Shown here in pieces: positions 12,741 through 26,349 of a stretch of DNA of 64,000 nucleotides; the stretch's first letter is position 1; each line of letters starts with the position of its first letter. The notes under the pieces were generated by a model. It saw only the letters and a program-made list of their open reading frames with translations, ran no database searches and was not told the origin of the DNA. Source of the stretch: Fimbriosthenelais zetlandica (taxonomy: Eukaryota); assembly GCA_977030845.1 (NCBI GenBank), contig OZ365112.1, positions 35,216,001 to 35,280,000 on the forward strand, read 5' to 3'. The translations under genes and the position numbers were made by a program.

Positions 12741-14539
12741 CGGGGGTGGGGAGAGAAAAGAACAGGGGGGGACAGGCAGGGGGGTTGAGGTGGGGATGGC
12801 GTGGTGGGGGGGGGGGGGGGGGAAGGGGGTGAAGTCTTTAGTAGGGTATGTGTGGAGGGTTAATGTGGGCATGTAACACTCGGGTTGGGGGGGGGGGGCG
12901 GGGGGGCAGGGGTGGCCAGCGATGGGACCAAGGAGGCTGGGACAGCCAAGACGCGTCACTTGCTATCAAGACACCAACATGGCCGCTTATCACATTCTCC
13001 TGATTATCCCCAGCGGAACCCTGCCTGTGGAGATGGGCCCCCTCGGGCCGTTGACCCTGGGGTTCACCCGGTCCGCGAACAACGAAATTGTGGTGACGGA
13101 ACGGGCCAACGCTGGGCCCCTGACCGCCAGTGTTCGCATTCCAACGCCATCCTACCCACCGCTAACGCAGACGGCTCATACGTAAGTAATACGCTTTTTG
13201 CTAATACCACTCATTACACTTGTACTTTGTGATAGGCTTGTGGGGGCATGAGCCGGCAAGCGCCGGGGCAGTGGGTCGTACGGCGAGCCCCCGGGGGCAG
13301 GGGGGCCATGAATGGATAGTTAGTCCGATATAGTATCATATTGCATGTCTTATTCTATTGATAGAAGGTCGCTTTATGATTGGGGGAGAAAGAAAGAATG
13401 TCCCATAGTTGTACATTTCATGTGGACGGAAATGTCCCTATTCATGACTGTAGGGGGAGTAGAAAAATCGACATGGACGCATGATAGAAAGGAGAAAAGA
13501 AAAGGTCCAAGTTTCTTGCTATCCCAAGGTATAGATTAAGTGTGGCATGTATGTATAATGGTTTTAATCGTATGCTAGATTGACCGTGCTATTTGCGGTT
13601 GACCACAGGATTATATGTTTTTATCGGTGGGGGAGGCCAAGGGAGAGCAGGCGGCTAATTGGCCTCTCACCCCAAGCCTCACGCTGAGCGCCACGCGTGT
13701 GTGCGTGTGAGTGGCTCGTGGCAAGGGCTGGGTGGAAGAACGATGTGGTGAGTAGTTTATGGTTCAGAAGAATCATTCGTGCTTGGTGTGCATACATAAG
13801 TCTTCCTAATATATTTTGCAACTAAGGTGGTCACATAAATGACGGAAACCCCTATCCTATTTTTCAGGATAACCAGGTGAACGATGGGCTGGAGACATTA
13901 GACCATTATCTAAATCCCTAATGATTACGGGTGCCTTATCTTTGTAAATCAAGCTTGAATAAATTACGTCGGCAAGTCTTACTTGTGTTATATCTCAATC
14001 TGTAATACAGTTCCTCCTTGTCTTTAGACTACATCTGTAAGACACGCCCCCTTCTTCCGATGCTCATATATCACGTCTACCATGCTCCCCCACGCGTCAC
14101 TATATAATAAAGCCCTTAAGCCACGCTAGGACACTTACCCATATACTCACTAGAAACTAGACATAGTGTTGTGTGTTCTCGCTTACATTATATTCAGCAT
14201 AGTTATATCTACATAATCATCCAGCATAACCAAGATATAACACTTGTAAGTTATGGCGACTAAGGTGGTCATATAAATGATGGAAACCCCTTCTTTTTCA
14301 GGATAATCAGGTGAACGATGGGCTGGAGACGTTAGACCATTATTTAAACCTTTAATGAGAAAAGGTGCCTCATCTGTGTAAATTATGCTGAATAACCTCA
14401 AACTTAAAGATCCTTGTTATGAAATGTTCCTACCTGAGTTTCCCCTTCTCCATGTGCACAAGCACAAAATAACTGTATTGTTTGCCGCCTACAACGAGGC
14501 TGGAATTCTTCAATTGTTCCTAGTTACTTCAATCAACAG

Positions 14540-15745
14540 CCTCAGTTCAGGAGAAGTCCTTGCTTCTTCTGTCATTAAAAAACTCCAAGCCTGTGGATGT
14601 TTCCAATCAATGGGGGGAAAGATATGACCTTTTTCTGAGGCTAGGTTGCCAGCAAAATGCAACCTTTTGTCAGCATTATGAAATGATGCAGCACTTGGAT
14701 GATGTGGTTGCAGTAGCTTTAGCTGAACAACTTGGTAGACCACAGGGTTACAATTTGCTGTTGACATCCCTGAAATCTTCATTGCTGTCTTCATTCTTGA
14801 ATGGTGCTGTAGCTTATGCACCTTTTACACTCCAGCTTATCATGGAACATTATCAAGCAAGTGTATTCCACAAACTTCCCCAAAAAAGTCAAAAAATGTG
14901 TACGCCAAGAAAGAAAAGAACTTGACCCACTTATTCTTGATAGCGTCAGGCTCCCACAGTTGGCGTCTACCTTATGCAGAAGAGTGCTTGCAAAATGGGT
15001 ATTCTTGGCCTAACAGAGTCAGACCTACCAAAGACAGATTCGATAGAAGGACCATTTCATTTGATCCAAAGAGTAGCAAAATCCAAATCAACTACAATCC
15101 GATGTGCTACAGTCAGACCATCAAGAAGAGAAAAATCAATAGAAGACATAGAAGAACACAAAAGACAAACGATGAAGAACAAACAAATGAAGCAAATAAA
15201 GAGAATTACATCCAAAATGAACACCTGCCTAGCATTGTTAAATGAGGATTACACCAAACCCAAGTTAGCAAAATCTAAAACTGCATTAGAGGAGTGCATC
15301 AATTCAGCATTGGCAAAGACTCCCTCACATCGCAGACACTCTATTGACAAATTGATTTCTTTCGATCAAGCTCTGTGTCAGCTCTGCATCAGATTAAACG
15401 CTGCACCTAAGTTACAGAGTATCACAGGTCACGGATTGCCCATCCGTGGTGCATGTATATTAAAGATTGGTGGGCATCCTACCGAAGTGTTAGTGTGTGA
15501 AGAAATGACTGGTGTTGATTTATTGATTGACATCAACCTATGCCAGAGGTTGTGTGTACTTCACACATAATGAGATGAAGTTAGGGACCAAAACGTACCC
15601 TATCCAGAGGTCTCCTGCCCTTGACTTTGCCACAGTTTTTGAAGTAACACCATTAGTCCCCACGACCAACTGCACAGTGGTCGACAAGGTGTTAATTGAA
15701 TATAAAGATGTGATTTGTGCCAAGAATACCCCTAACAACAGTTGA
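14540..15745 (+). mobile_element. Gypsy gag-protease remnant
   Basis: Gag-like helical ORFs followed by the C-terminal half of a retropepsin (LQSITGHGLPIRGACILKIGG...EVLVCEEMTGVDLLI). Confidence 0.55.
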
Positions 15746-16754
15746 CTTAAAACGTAAAAATTAGTTAATGGTTCTTTTTTTTTAAAAGAGCAAAAAGTGT
15801 GTCTAAGGTAATTTAACTAGTCAGGAAGCAGGAGGAAGACCGGTTATCATACCGATCCTGCTTATCGTGAATTTTGTATTTTATTCATGTCTCCTGAATA
15901 AATTAGATGTTGTAAAAAAAACAACAACAGTGCTCTGTCACTGCCACCAGCAGTGATAGACACTGGAGATACATATCCTGTTATGTATCCCTTGTTTATA
16001 GGGTTTGAGTAATAAACTCTGGTAACCAAGGAAACCAAAAACTCATGATATGAGTAAGGGATGTTATATGCTTTGACTATTTTATTAATATATTATCATT
16101 ATCACACTTACTCAATTGCCATTGAGTACATTAAATAAAGGAGACTGATTAATTAATTGTTTAATTAATTAGTAATTAATGTACGGTGCTAGATTGATAT
16201 AATTCATGTTATGCTATTGTTTCAGTTATTCAAATTATGTATCATAAGTATGATGTATAATCCCAAACCAAGTTAATAAGCCAAAAGCTAATTTAACTGA
16301 TTGGTTAAAAAATGACCTTAATATCACCACATCACCAATATGGGAGTGTGTAGGTCGGTAGCCCAGCATCCAGACCCCCAACAAGGATTGATACATACTG
16401 CGATATGTATCAGCCTTCTGGATGCAGGAGTTTACCATTGCTCCCTATGGAGTTTGCAACGATACATATCGGATACGTATTGTATGCATATCGCCCTTGT
16501 GTTAGGTATATAAGCCTATACAGAGGTCTGAAGAGGGCTCCCTTCACTTACACCATGCTCTTGCTATGAGCAACATGTGCTTGGAGAATAAACTGGAAAT
16601 GTAACTACTGCTAATCTACTTCATCTTGGATATTATTTCTAGGAGTCACTTTACCATGTGACACTCTGTTGTCTTGGTAAAGGCTTTTGAACACACGCGT
16701 CTATATTCGCGGGCACCTGTACCAAAGGTGTCCAATATATCCTATCTGTAAAAA

Positions 16755-17010
16755 TCCATATAGAATGCCATTAATGAAACGCCATAAAGTAGAGGAATGA
16801 ATGAATGAATGGTGATTTAACGCCATGCCAAGGCTTAAAGTAGAGGAATTAGTACAACAAATGTTAGATGATGGGATCATTAGGCCTAGTTTATTCTCCT
16901 GGGCGTCCCCTATAACCTTGGTTCCAAAGAAAGATGGGAGCACAAGGTTTTGTGTAGACAACCGTAAACTCAATGTTGTGACCCTAAGAGACACATGTAG
17001 GCCTATGTAG
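16755..17010 (+). mobile_element. Gypsy reverse transcriptase N-terminal fragment
   Basis: After removing a 37-bp insert and one TSD copy it reads PYRMPLMKRHKVEELVQQMLDDGIIRPS...WASPITLVPKKDGSTRFCVD.RKLN. Confidence 0.9.
16799..16835 (-). mobile_element. 5'-truncated (ATTC)n-tailed retroposon, 37 bp
   Basis: GAATGAATGAATGGTGATTTAACGCCATGCCAAGGCT flanked by a perfect 14-bp TSD TAAAGTAGAGGAAT (16785-16798 and 16836-16849). Confidence 0.85.
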
Positions 17011-17649
17011 GTGAAATTTAGGCCTATTGCAAAACTAGTGTTATAGAATGTATCCAGTGAGGGCAGCACTAGCTGCCCACAGGAACTTCCAAAGTAAGCA
17101 TCCGAAAATAAAATCAGTAGACCCCTAGAAGCCATCCGAGTTAGTCTACTCATTACACCTACTCCAGCACCCTTGTACCACCACTGGGCAGCCCCTTTCT
17201 ATATTCTATCTCACTAGTCAGAAATAGGTGGACAGTCCTATCTTTCCGTCCCGAGTATTCCTTTTTTCAAGAACCCTAGGCAGTGTAAGACTGTCGACCA
17301 TGGCATCCACTCGCATCCTTCTAGCTGTGGAAATTCCACTGAAACACATGCCAATATCCTTGAATTTTACATATTATGGCCCAACAACCGTGGTAGAGAT
17401 CAAGAGACCCTCTTGGTCCCAGAGAGCCTTCAAAAATTGGAATATCAAAGTCAATTAATTGTCTGTCCTGTTGTATGACCATACAAGGAGGCAGAAAAAG
17501 GGTAAGTAATATTCTTCATTGTGTCTTTTTTTTTGTTTTTTTTTTGCTCTGTACTGTCATGTGGAGAGGTCAGGAAAGTGATATGATAGCACTAGTTATT
17601 ATATTCATAAGCTACCCTTTTAAACAAATGTGTTAAAATTGAGTATAGA

Positions 17650-18230
17650 TACTGGAGATCATAAGCCTATCCAAAGTAGACACTACCATGTCCCTTTAGC
17701 AAAACGGGAAATCATAGATAAACAGGTCTCTGAAATGTTAGATGCGGGTGTGATAAAGTCATCTTACAGTCCATGGTGATTGCCTGAAGTACTAGTAAAA
17801 AAGAAAGGGGGAGAGTTCAGATTTTGTGTTGATTTCAGGAAATTAAATAACATCACAGCAAAATATAATTGGCCCTTGCTTGTAATCGATGACATTCCCT
17901 TACTTGGATAATGTGATCATCTCCAGTAAGAGTCCTGAGGAGCACCTGGAGCACCTACAATTGGTTTTTGATAGGTTTAGAAAGTCTAACTTGAAATTAA
18001 AGAGATCAAAGTGGGAGTTCTTCAGGGAGGAATTGAAATATTTGGGACATGTTCTAACTAGAAGGAGAATACTACCTGACCCTGACAAGATAAAAGTGAT
18101 TCAGGAATCGTCACATACAAATAATGTAAGGGACATAAGGGGATATATTGGGATGACCTCTTTTTATAGAAAGTTCATCGAGGGCTATTGCTCTGCCTTA
18201 ACTAGGTTAACGAAAAAACCTGGTCAGGCT
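17650..18230 (+). mobile_element. Gypsy reverse transcriptase fragment (internally deleted)
   Basis: KKKGGEFRFCVDFRKLN; YLDNVII (decayed YLDD); LKYLGHV; IRGYIGMTSFYRKFI. Confidence 0.9.
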
Positions 18231-18959
18231 TGTCCACACTAGTATTTTTCATCACTTTTCCTCAAAAACATGTCACCATCTATGCATGGTATTTTATAAT
18301 TCAATTTACATGGTTCTTTTATGGGAAGGGTGCAGCTGCCACCTCTCCTCGGCATGAAACGCGAGCCAGTAATGCCTCCTTGGCTCCACCAGCCCCTCAG
18401 GCAGGAGGACAGGACCCCCCCCACATGAAAGAACTGAGAGGTCCTCTGGCTCCACAACTGTGCTAGGGAACTCGCCCTATGTGAGGGATTCATCAGAGAC
18501 CTCCAAGATGGGGACCTTCAGAAGTACCGAACAAAGTTAATGGGCAGGACGACGGTGGCCAGGGACTGGAACCACAGCAATGCCACTAACGCCACAGACC
18601 TGATCTTGGATCAGGCTGAGGTGCTTCGCCCGTCATAGTCATAGGGGATGACACATAGACGGACAAGGAGACGGCCCCTCAATCAAGCAAGAGCCAATGG
18701 CCAGCCCTGCATCTCCCCCACGCCCCACCCAGAAGTGAAGGACGTCATACAGGCATAACCAATTCTACTTCAGAAAAAAAAATGAGAAAATGAATCTAAT
18801 AAAGGCAGACATATAATGCCAAAAAAAAAAAAAACTGAAATAAAAAATCAGACGGGCGGCCACAACTGTTCCGTCCCCCGCCCCACCCACACCTCACCAC
18901 CAACTTCCCCCAACCCCTCTTCACCTACTTCACAGGGGTACCAACACACCCGCACACAT

Positions 18960-20700
18960 GTGCTGGCCACCTTATAGTGGACGAGCAATTTGCTTGGCCT
19001 TAACCAGCAAAAGGGCAAATTGGTCCAGACTTTCTCTGACCATCTCTTAGAGACTGCCGAGGAGGCTTATGGACGGGACAATTTAGGTGAGCCCTTTATG
19101 CAGCGTCAGCTGTCACAGACTTTCACTAATGGGCTGGTGGACCAGCATATGGTCCGCCAGATTATAAAGAGTATTGCCACCCTTGAGGAGGCAGTATGCA
19201 TTGCCCCAGATGAGCAGAGTGTAAAGGTGACCATGAGTCTTTGTTCTGGGTGGTCGGAGGAGCCCATTGAAATGGACTCCTTCTCTGGGGCTGTCAAGAT
19301 GCAGAATTTGGAGGAGGCGCCGGGTTAATAGCAAGCCTTAAGGAGAGTAAAGTAATCCCTCCCACGGGTAAGTCCACAGGTAATTCCGAGGATAGACGGA
19401 AATGGATGGCTGATGGACGCCCCATCTGCCTTTATTGTAAGCGGCCAGGCCACTTGAAGAAAGAGAAGAAAACTAAACAAAAAGACACCAAAAAACGAAT
19501 AGAAACCTACGCAACTGCAGAGGCAACATAATTGGTGATGCCTGTAGGAGGCGCTTGAGACCTTTTATACTAGTCAAAATTGGGGAGGTGGAAGTGTGGG
19601 CACTCCTTGATATGGGCACCGATACATCCATCATAGCTCAGGGGTTTTTGGCTCAAATTACAGGTGAAATTTCGGGCCTCAGCAGGGAGGAACAGGTCCT
19701 AGAAGGTATAACTGAACATAGGCCTTTTGTACTTGGGTCCTGTGCCGTCACTCTTAAATTCCCCTCCAAGACCATTTATCAGGAATTTACAATAGTTTTG
19801 GGCATCACCAAAGACATTATTCTGGGAAGCGATTTTCTGACTGCCAATGAGGCAAATTTTGGCTTCTCTGACAAAAGTCTGTCGATTGGGAGGGATGTTA
19901 TCCCTCTCATATATAAAGATGAATTAGACAAACGACTATCCTTGGCCCGGGCCAGGGAAACCATGTCGGTTCCACCTTTCTCAGTGGTGTATATAGATGT
20001 TATGTTTAATAAAGGTCTGACAGGAGATTACCTCATCATTCCCCAAGGTAATGCTCCTGTCCTGACTGATCAGCCAGTGATAACTATGTCTAATGTACTA
20101 ACCCGTATTACAGAGGGGCACGCAGTTCTGCCTATTTTGAATAATACAGGTGGTCTATTCAGGGTGTCCCTAGAAGGACCGCAGTACCAGGCTTTGTGTG
20201 CATTTCCATAAAGTTAATGGAGTGCTAACTCAAAACAGTTATCCTAAGTGTTGCCTAACATAAGACATTTTTACACATTTAGGAAAAGCAAAATTCTTTA
20301 GTTCTTTAGATCTCAAAAGTGGTTTTTGGCAAATAGAAATCAAAGAAATTGATAGCTGTAAGACAGCATTCGTCACTCATGACTCATTGTATGAGTTTAA
20401 TGTAATGCCTTTTGGTTTGAGCTGCGCCCCCTCTGTCTTCCAAGAATTAATGAACAAGGTCTTTGTGGCATACAAAATAAATATGCCATTGCATATCTTG
20501 ACGATGTGGTCATATTCAGTGAAACTTTTGAGGACCACTTGAAACATCTTCAAGATGTTTTTGAAAATGTGAGTTCTTACAGCCTGAATTGAAATACTTG
20601 GGACATATTGTCTCATCGGAAGGGATCTGTCCCACTAATGAAAAGATTCAAGACATTCAGAAACTATCACCGCCTAGGTCGGTCAAAGATAAGCGTTCTT
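18960..20700 (+). mobile_element. Gypsy gag-protease-RT remnant
   Basis: Gag with CLYCKRPGH knuckle; protease ALLDMGT...ILGSDFL (ORF 19555-20211); RT motifs LDLKSGFWQI, EFNVMPFGL.CAPSVFQ, and a frameshifted LDDVVIFS. Confidence 0.9.
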
Positions 20701-20932
20701 TTATTGGGGACGGATGGTGAAAGACTATTTACAGCGCCAATAAGGGTATAGGAAATAGGATATACATTGAATCATACTTCCTGCTCCATCATGGCCATGT
20801 GTAGACTTTATTGGTGAGTTCACTGTTTAAAAACTTTCCATTTATGGCTATCTGCATCATCATAATTATGAAAAATTAATGAACATTATATCAGAACTTG
20901 CCGTGAAATGATATATTATTGAAGAGTGTCCT

Positions 20933-21305
20933 TTGGTCTACAGGATCTGGACTTTGTTGATTATGGGAACAACACATGCTGCGATATTGAGACACAACTA
21001 TGGTGCAGTACTCAGGCCTCCAGCTCTGAAAAAACATTACTTTAGAGATCTCACCCCCATTCCAGTCAGAAAAATTGGACAGTTTTCAAGATCATCTATA
21101 TCGGCTTTGCAATGACGCATATAAGAAGTTTAGGGACATCCTAGATGAATTTAGTGAAGGAAATCTAGTTAGGAAACGAAATAACTGGAGAGGATTACAA
21201 GTAATTGGCGATGGTCTGAGTTGGGCTTTTGGCACAGCCACTGAGATAAAGGGCATATCCTCTGACATGTACAAGGTTATTATGACCATGCATACTACCC
21301 AGGTC
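20933..21305 (+). pseudogene. Gypsy env N-terminal fragments (F-like)
   Basis: Signal peptide plus AILRHNYGAVLR; RKRNNWR followed by GLQVIGDGLSWAFGTATE. Confidence 0.7.
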
Positions 21306-21399
21306 AAAGGAAGACCCTGCTGATGTTTATGTCAAGGCGCGGGAAGAGGACATTAGAAAACAGGGCCTTTTCGCTGTGGCCTCTGAACTGCAGGCTCAG

Positions 21400-21950
21400 A
21401 GAGAAGATATGGTGAAATTGATGGAAAAAATGGTAAAAGGCAGGGCAAGGCTGCATCTGAGACCGCATCAGCCTCGCTTATGAAGCACTTCACCCAAGTG
21501 CCGGAGAAATTTGCCAGACCAATTGCCAAAAGGTCAGTGAATAGATTCATGAGGGAGTATCAGCAGTATGCAGGAAACATGAGGGCAACCCCTCGAATCA
21601 TGTTCGAGGGTATAGGTCATTTCTTAAACGGCAAGGCAGAGGCCTTTTATGAAGCCTATAGAGCAAAGGAATCACCTATAGACTTTATGACCTTTGAACG
21701 ATAGTTTAAAAATGCCTTTGAAGCGCCCCCCTTTGAGGAGAAACTGAAGGGTTATACTATAAGAAACAAACATCTATTGAAACGGTAGAAGAGTACAACC
21801 AGGATATGCTGATTCTGCTGGTGAGATTGGGGTTGCCAGAAGTCACCCTAATTGAATTTTACATCACCAATTTACAAACGGACCTTGTAAAGCTAGTAGC
21901 AGCTGACAAACCTAAAACCCTGATGTGGTAGTCACCATCCTAAAATACGA
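21400..21950 (+). mobile_element. Gag fragment of another retroelement
   Basis: RFMREYQQYA...IGHFLNGKAEAFYEAY...FERxFKNAF, then a frameshifted IEFYITNLQ..LVKLVAADKPKTL. Confidence 0.6.
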
Positions 21951-22415
21951 ATTAACCATTCAAAAAATTGAGTCAAAGAAAATGCTTGATGTTAAATCTC
22001 TGGCAGACAAATTGGTACAGGTCTGGAGAGCCAATGCACTGAGATCTCTGTCGGACTCCTTGTCCACAGTGTGGTCAATGTTGTTGCACTCTCCATCTTG
22101 AGAATGCCGCCAGGTCCCATGGCTTCCACATAAAAGACAAGATAACCATTAGGGGACCAGCTGTGGTATTAAAACTTCACTCATACGCTTCCCGCTCCTA
22201 GTCTAAAATGTCCCATTTTCTCTACTACTACTCTGCCACTTACTTTCTTGACCTACATTCTATCGGCTGATCCGTGTTTATAAACATAATCCAGGTCAAC
22301 ATAGCCTCAAAACCGGAAGTGAGTCAGTCAGTCACTGGTTGGAGGCTACGCACATGGCCATTGTGACTGAAGACAAGAAGGCGGGATACCACATCGCGAG
22401 TTAATCAACTCGTCC

Positions 22416-22667
22416 ATGATGGGTTTAGACCTGAAACCCATAGGGCTAGACTGTTTCACCCGGGCTCCCAGGGTATCAGTTGTGCCCCCATATATAGATA
22501 TGCGTTCGGGGTGGTCTTGGGTGACAGTGGTTCTGATTGTGGGACTGGTTGAAATCGGTCTGTACGTGTTGTACCATAAGTGCAGCTGTAAGGGTCTGCG
22601 GGGCTGCAAGCCGAGGCGGACAGAGGACGTAGAAGATGGTTCCGAGAGTCTGAGGTACAGCAAGTGA
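22416..22667 (+). mobile_element. Env-like transmembrane anchor and cytoplasmic tail fragment
   Basis: WSWVTVVLIVGLVEIGLYVLY followed by a Cys/basic tail (HKCSCKGLRGCKPRR). Confidence 0.4.
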
Positions 22668-25640
22668 GCTATCATTCAACCATTTCCATATACCTTTTCT
22701 AATCACATTCCCACCTTCCTTTTACACATATTTATTCCTTCCACTGCATAACTTCCCGATCCGCACACAGCTCATGGAAGGAGTGCGCTCATATGTGCGA
22801 CACTCTTTTCAACACACTGCATTCCGTTTGACCAGCATTTTGTTGCTGGTCAGGGGAGCACCCCCATGTGGCTTTATAGATAATCCCCCGCACACTTAAG
22901 TGCGCTCACTGATGCTGTGGGGAGCTCACTTCTTGATTAGTAACAAATTACTTAAATTGATAATTCAAATGAACCGAAAAACCTACATAAATAGAAAAGA
23001 GACATTATGAAACTGATATATCGATTTTGGAAAGAAGAAAACGTTACTATATTAGTCTGACTTCAATCAGTCCCACCAGCATGATGTTGTTCGTCCCTGC
23101 ATCATGAGTTTGTTCACCCCAGCCGCATATTGTTGCTGCTCCTGTGCGCATGTGTTAGCGCACACATGCTGAGTACATGATTTCGTAAAGCTTCCTTTTG
23201 TTTCGCCCCCACCCACCTCCTGCTCCTCGGACTAATTATAGTTAGCCTCATATCGCTACCCACAGTGCATTGCAGTTTTTAAACTTCACTTCTCTAACGG
23301 CTGTGTTGGAGTTTGGACATGGAGTACATGGATCTGAATTCTTCAGGTAAGTAATTCTATATTTAATATCCCTTTAGAAAGTCCAATTCCATCCAACATA
23401 CAATTCCCATCCTTTTCTTCCTAAGTAATGCTGTATTACACCACCACTTCACATTTATGAAAGTTTATAAGGGCTATAATCTGTGAAATATTGCGAGTGT
23501 TGCGAGTGCACATTCCACCCCGCTACTATGGGTGTATGAGGACCGTCCTCCTCCCATCCTATCTCAGAATAGATTGTGACTATTACATGTACTAAACACT
23601 AGCACTTTACCATATCTTTGCATTGATTTAATCTGGAATCTAAATTTCTTGTACTGTCAACTTCATCATGTACATTTTAAATGGAACAGGTATGATGCGG
23701 GATGAAATAGGAGGAGACGAGACTAGAATGATACTGCCATGCCGGCGTGGGACATAGGCCTATACTCAACTTTACTTAGCGTGAGATATTTGGTAAGCCT
23801 TACATGAACATGTACATCATATACTATACTTACTTATATTGCAGCTCTATTTCATTTATCATAAAGCTTTTTATAAATTTGTTACACTAAATGATTCTTT
23901 TGTTGATATATTTAACTCCAGTTGGTAACATTAAGATGGATAGGTGGGCCTAATGAATGGGGTGGCTGGAACATGACAAAATCATTTTCTCCATGTAGCC
24001 TACATAAATATGTGCATGATAGGCTTGTGTTATTATACTTAAAGCACTCGTATATATACCGTTTCCAAGTTGTATCAAATATAATTTAGTTCAGACATAG
24101 CTAGTCCATCTGCATAATGCAAAATTAATTGTACAATGAAGTAAAAGCTAAGTTACTATTGTGTTTTAGGCGTGAAAGCTTGTAAGAGGTTTCACTTGGG
24201 TCACACCTGTCATGATACATCCAACGCTGCAACACCTTCCCCGAGAGTGTGGACCCAAAAAGTGTGAGGTGAGGATATTTCGGCCTTAATAATATACATG
24301 ATATCATGCCAATTTTGAGTTTTGTTTTTTTGTAAAATAAATATACATGTAACATAGTATATGATATTGTACTGAATCTTGTTATAGGAGTTATGACTTG
24401 ATCTATCCATCCCGATAAGTGTTAAAATATTGTTTTATGATTTCAGCGCTAACCAATCCCTCTCTGCAGTCACCACACAAACCAAACTGGTTGGGCAACA
24501 ATTGAGCACACACCATGCTAGATATTATATCATCATCACCATAATATAATTTATATAATTGTGTAACAATCTTGGGTCTAAACAGCCATAATTGTACTTC
24601 TGATAAAAAAAGTTTCCAGCTAAAATGTTTCCTAACCCAAATCTGATAATTACATCGACCCTACATGTATAAAATGTATAAAATCCTTAGGCATTTAGGA
24701 AGTCATAATATGTAGTTATATATTTTTTCTCTAATATGTAAAGGGGGGAAAGTTATAACCTATATATAACTATATCTATGGATATGTTTGCTAGAGATTT
24801 GTATATGCCTAATTAATATATGCCCGACAAAACATTCCGAAGTGCTTTAAAATCAGTAAGCCACATTTATATGAACCGCATATTATTTAATTATTACGGA
24901 AGTATATACATACATACATGCCATTAATATTCCAAATATCTATGATATTTTTATGCATTATCAACCATCATTGAGAACCGACCATACTACATAATTATTA
25001 CATTCATTGTCACCATTCTATAATTCCATAATGCTAAAGTTAAAGAAATTAACAATATGGTTTGCTATGTACGGTATGTTCTACAGTAAAGTCACTGGTC
25101 GGTGACCAACCCAGCATGTCTATTATAATAGTTGGTCGCATATGTGCCACTAGTGGCGCCTTGTAGTTATGTCATGGGAAGGGAAACAAAGGGAGGCTTT
25201 GTTTAGCGTCGGTGGGGAGAGGGGTGTCTGAGACTGACCCATGGCGAGTCGGCTTTCTTGGGATGCGGGATTGGTCTTTAATGATAATTATGCTTGAATG
25301 TGAAAAATATATGTGACAAATAATTATCATACGTCACTTATATCTACCGACGCATATAATGCTAGATATTAATAATGATTAATAGAGATGATAATATGTA
25401 AGCGCGACAATATATTCCCTAGAGCTTTATAATTGACAAGAAACATTTGTATGAACTCTGTATTGTGATGTCTATGTTTGGTGTGGTTTCATTGTGATTG
25501 TAAAATCTGTCTCTCATGAAATTGTAAATAAAAGTGAAATGCAATTGAATCCTTGCCTTATATTTATATATAAATGAAAGGAATAATTCTGGCTAATAAT
25601 TTATGATTAAGCATAATAAAGCATAAAGAGCATTAATTAA

Positions 25641-26045
25641 CAATGGGGTGTACGTTCCTGTACCCCCACCCCCGCGTCTATATTACATAACAGTCTGTGT
25701 TGTGATTGGTCAGTGAAGATTAGCCACTGTCCAATCACATGCTATTAGGCGGCCGCGCTCAAGAGCGCGCTCATTTGCGGCACTGGTGCGCGTCAGACAT
25801 CAAAGGGGAAGGGGGAAAGGTGTGAGGTGTGATGTTAGGCCCACCGCGCTACGACCGCGGAGCGTGTGGAAACATGGACGCGCTTTTTTCAGTGCGGCTT
25901 GAGCGCGCACATGTTGCTGCAAAACGTGTTGACAAGTCGCTGGTGAGGGAAGTTTCAATTCGCGCAAAATGTTGTGCTTACCAATCGGCAAAGTGAAACG
26001 TATGTGTCGATCGGGTTGCTTGGGACGCCTATAGAAATACCTCAT
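25641..26045. promoter_or_regulatory. CpG-rich island with CCAAT boxes, possibly a P-element 5' end/promoter
   Basis: Begins CAATG (P-like terminus); ATTGG near 25706 and CCAAT near 25731; retains many CpGs; lies just upstream of P transposase fragments. Confidence 0.3.
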
Positions 26046-26227
26046 TGCATGATCCTAATGTAGCATTGCATGCATGCATGTTTATTGCAGCCTCGTGCTG
26101 GACCATCAACTGCAGCTCAGACCAGTACCACTGATGATGATACAATGCTTAAGTCAATAATATAATCTTGTGTGTATGCTGGTGTTTGGAACTTTGCAAT
26201 ACTATACAGGTGCTAACCAAATCTAGG

Positions 26228-26230
<3 letters not shown>

Positions 26231-26285
<55 letters not shown>
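26231..26285. repeat. (TA)n microsatellite
   Basis: Direct observation. Confidence 0.99.
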
Positions 26286-26287
<2 letters not shown>

Positions 26288-26349
26288 TTGTTCATGTATC
26301 CTTATTCTGTGTTACTCAGATATACATACATACTTATCCATGTATTTTA

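Larger units (their letters stand above)
8859..14538. repeat. Near-identical tandem duplication, 2 x ~2.84 kb
   Basis: Copy 1 spans ~8859-11696 and copy 2 ~11697-14538. About six substitutions plus G-run length differences are visible by eye. Confidence 0.97.

Noticed and set aside
24210-24290. Minus-strand peptide IKAEISSPHTFWVH resembling a Tudor-domain start
   Set aside because: Too short, followed by stops, and the aromatic-cage region is absent.
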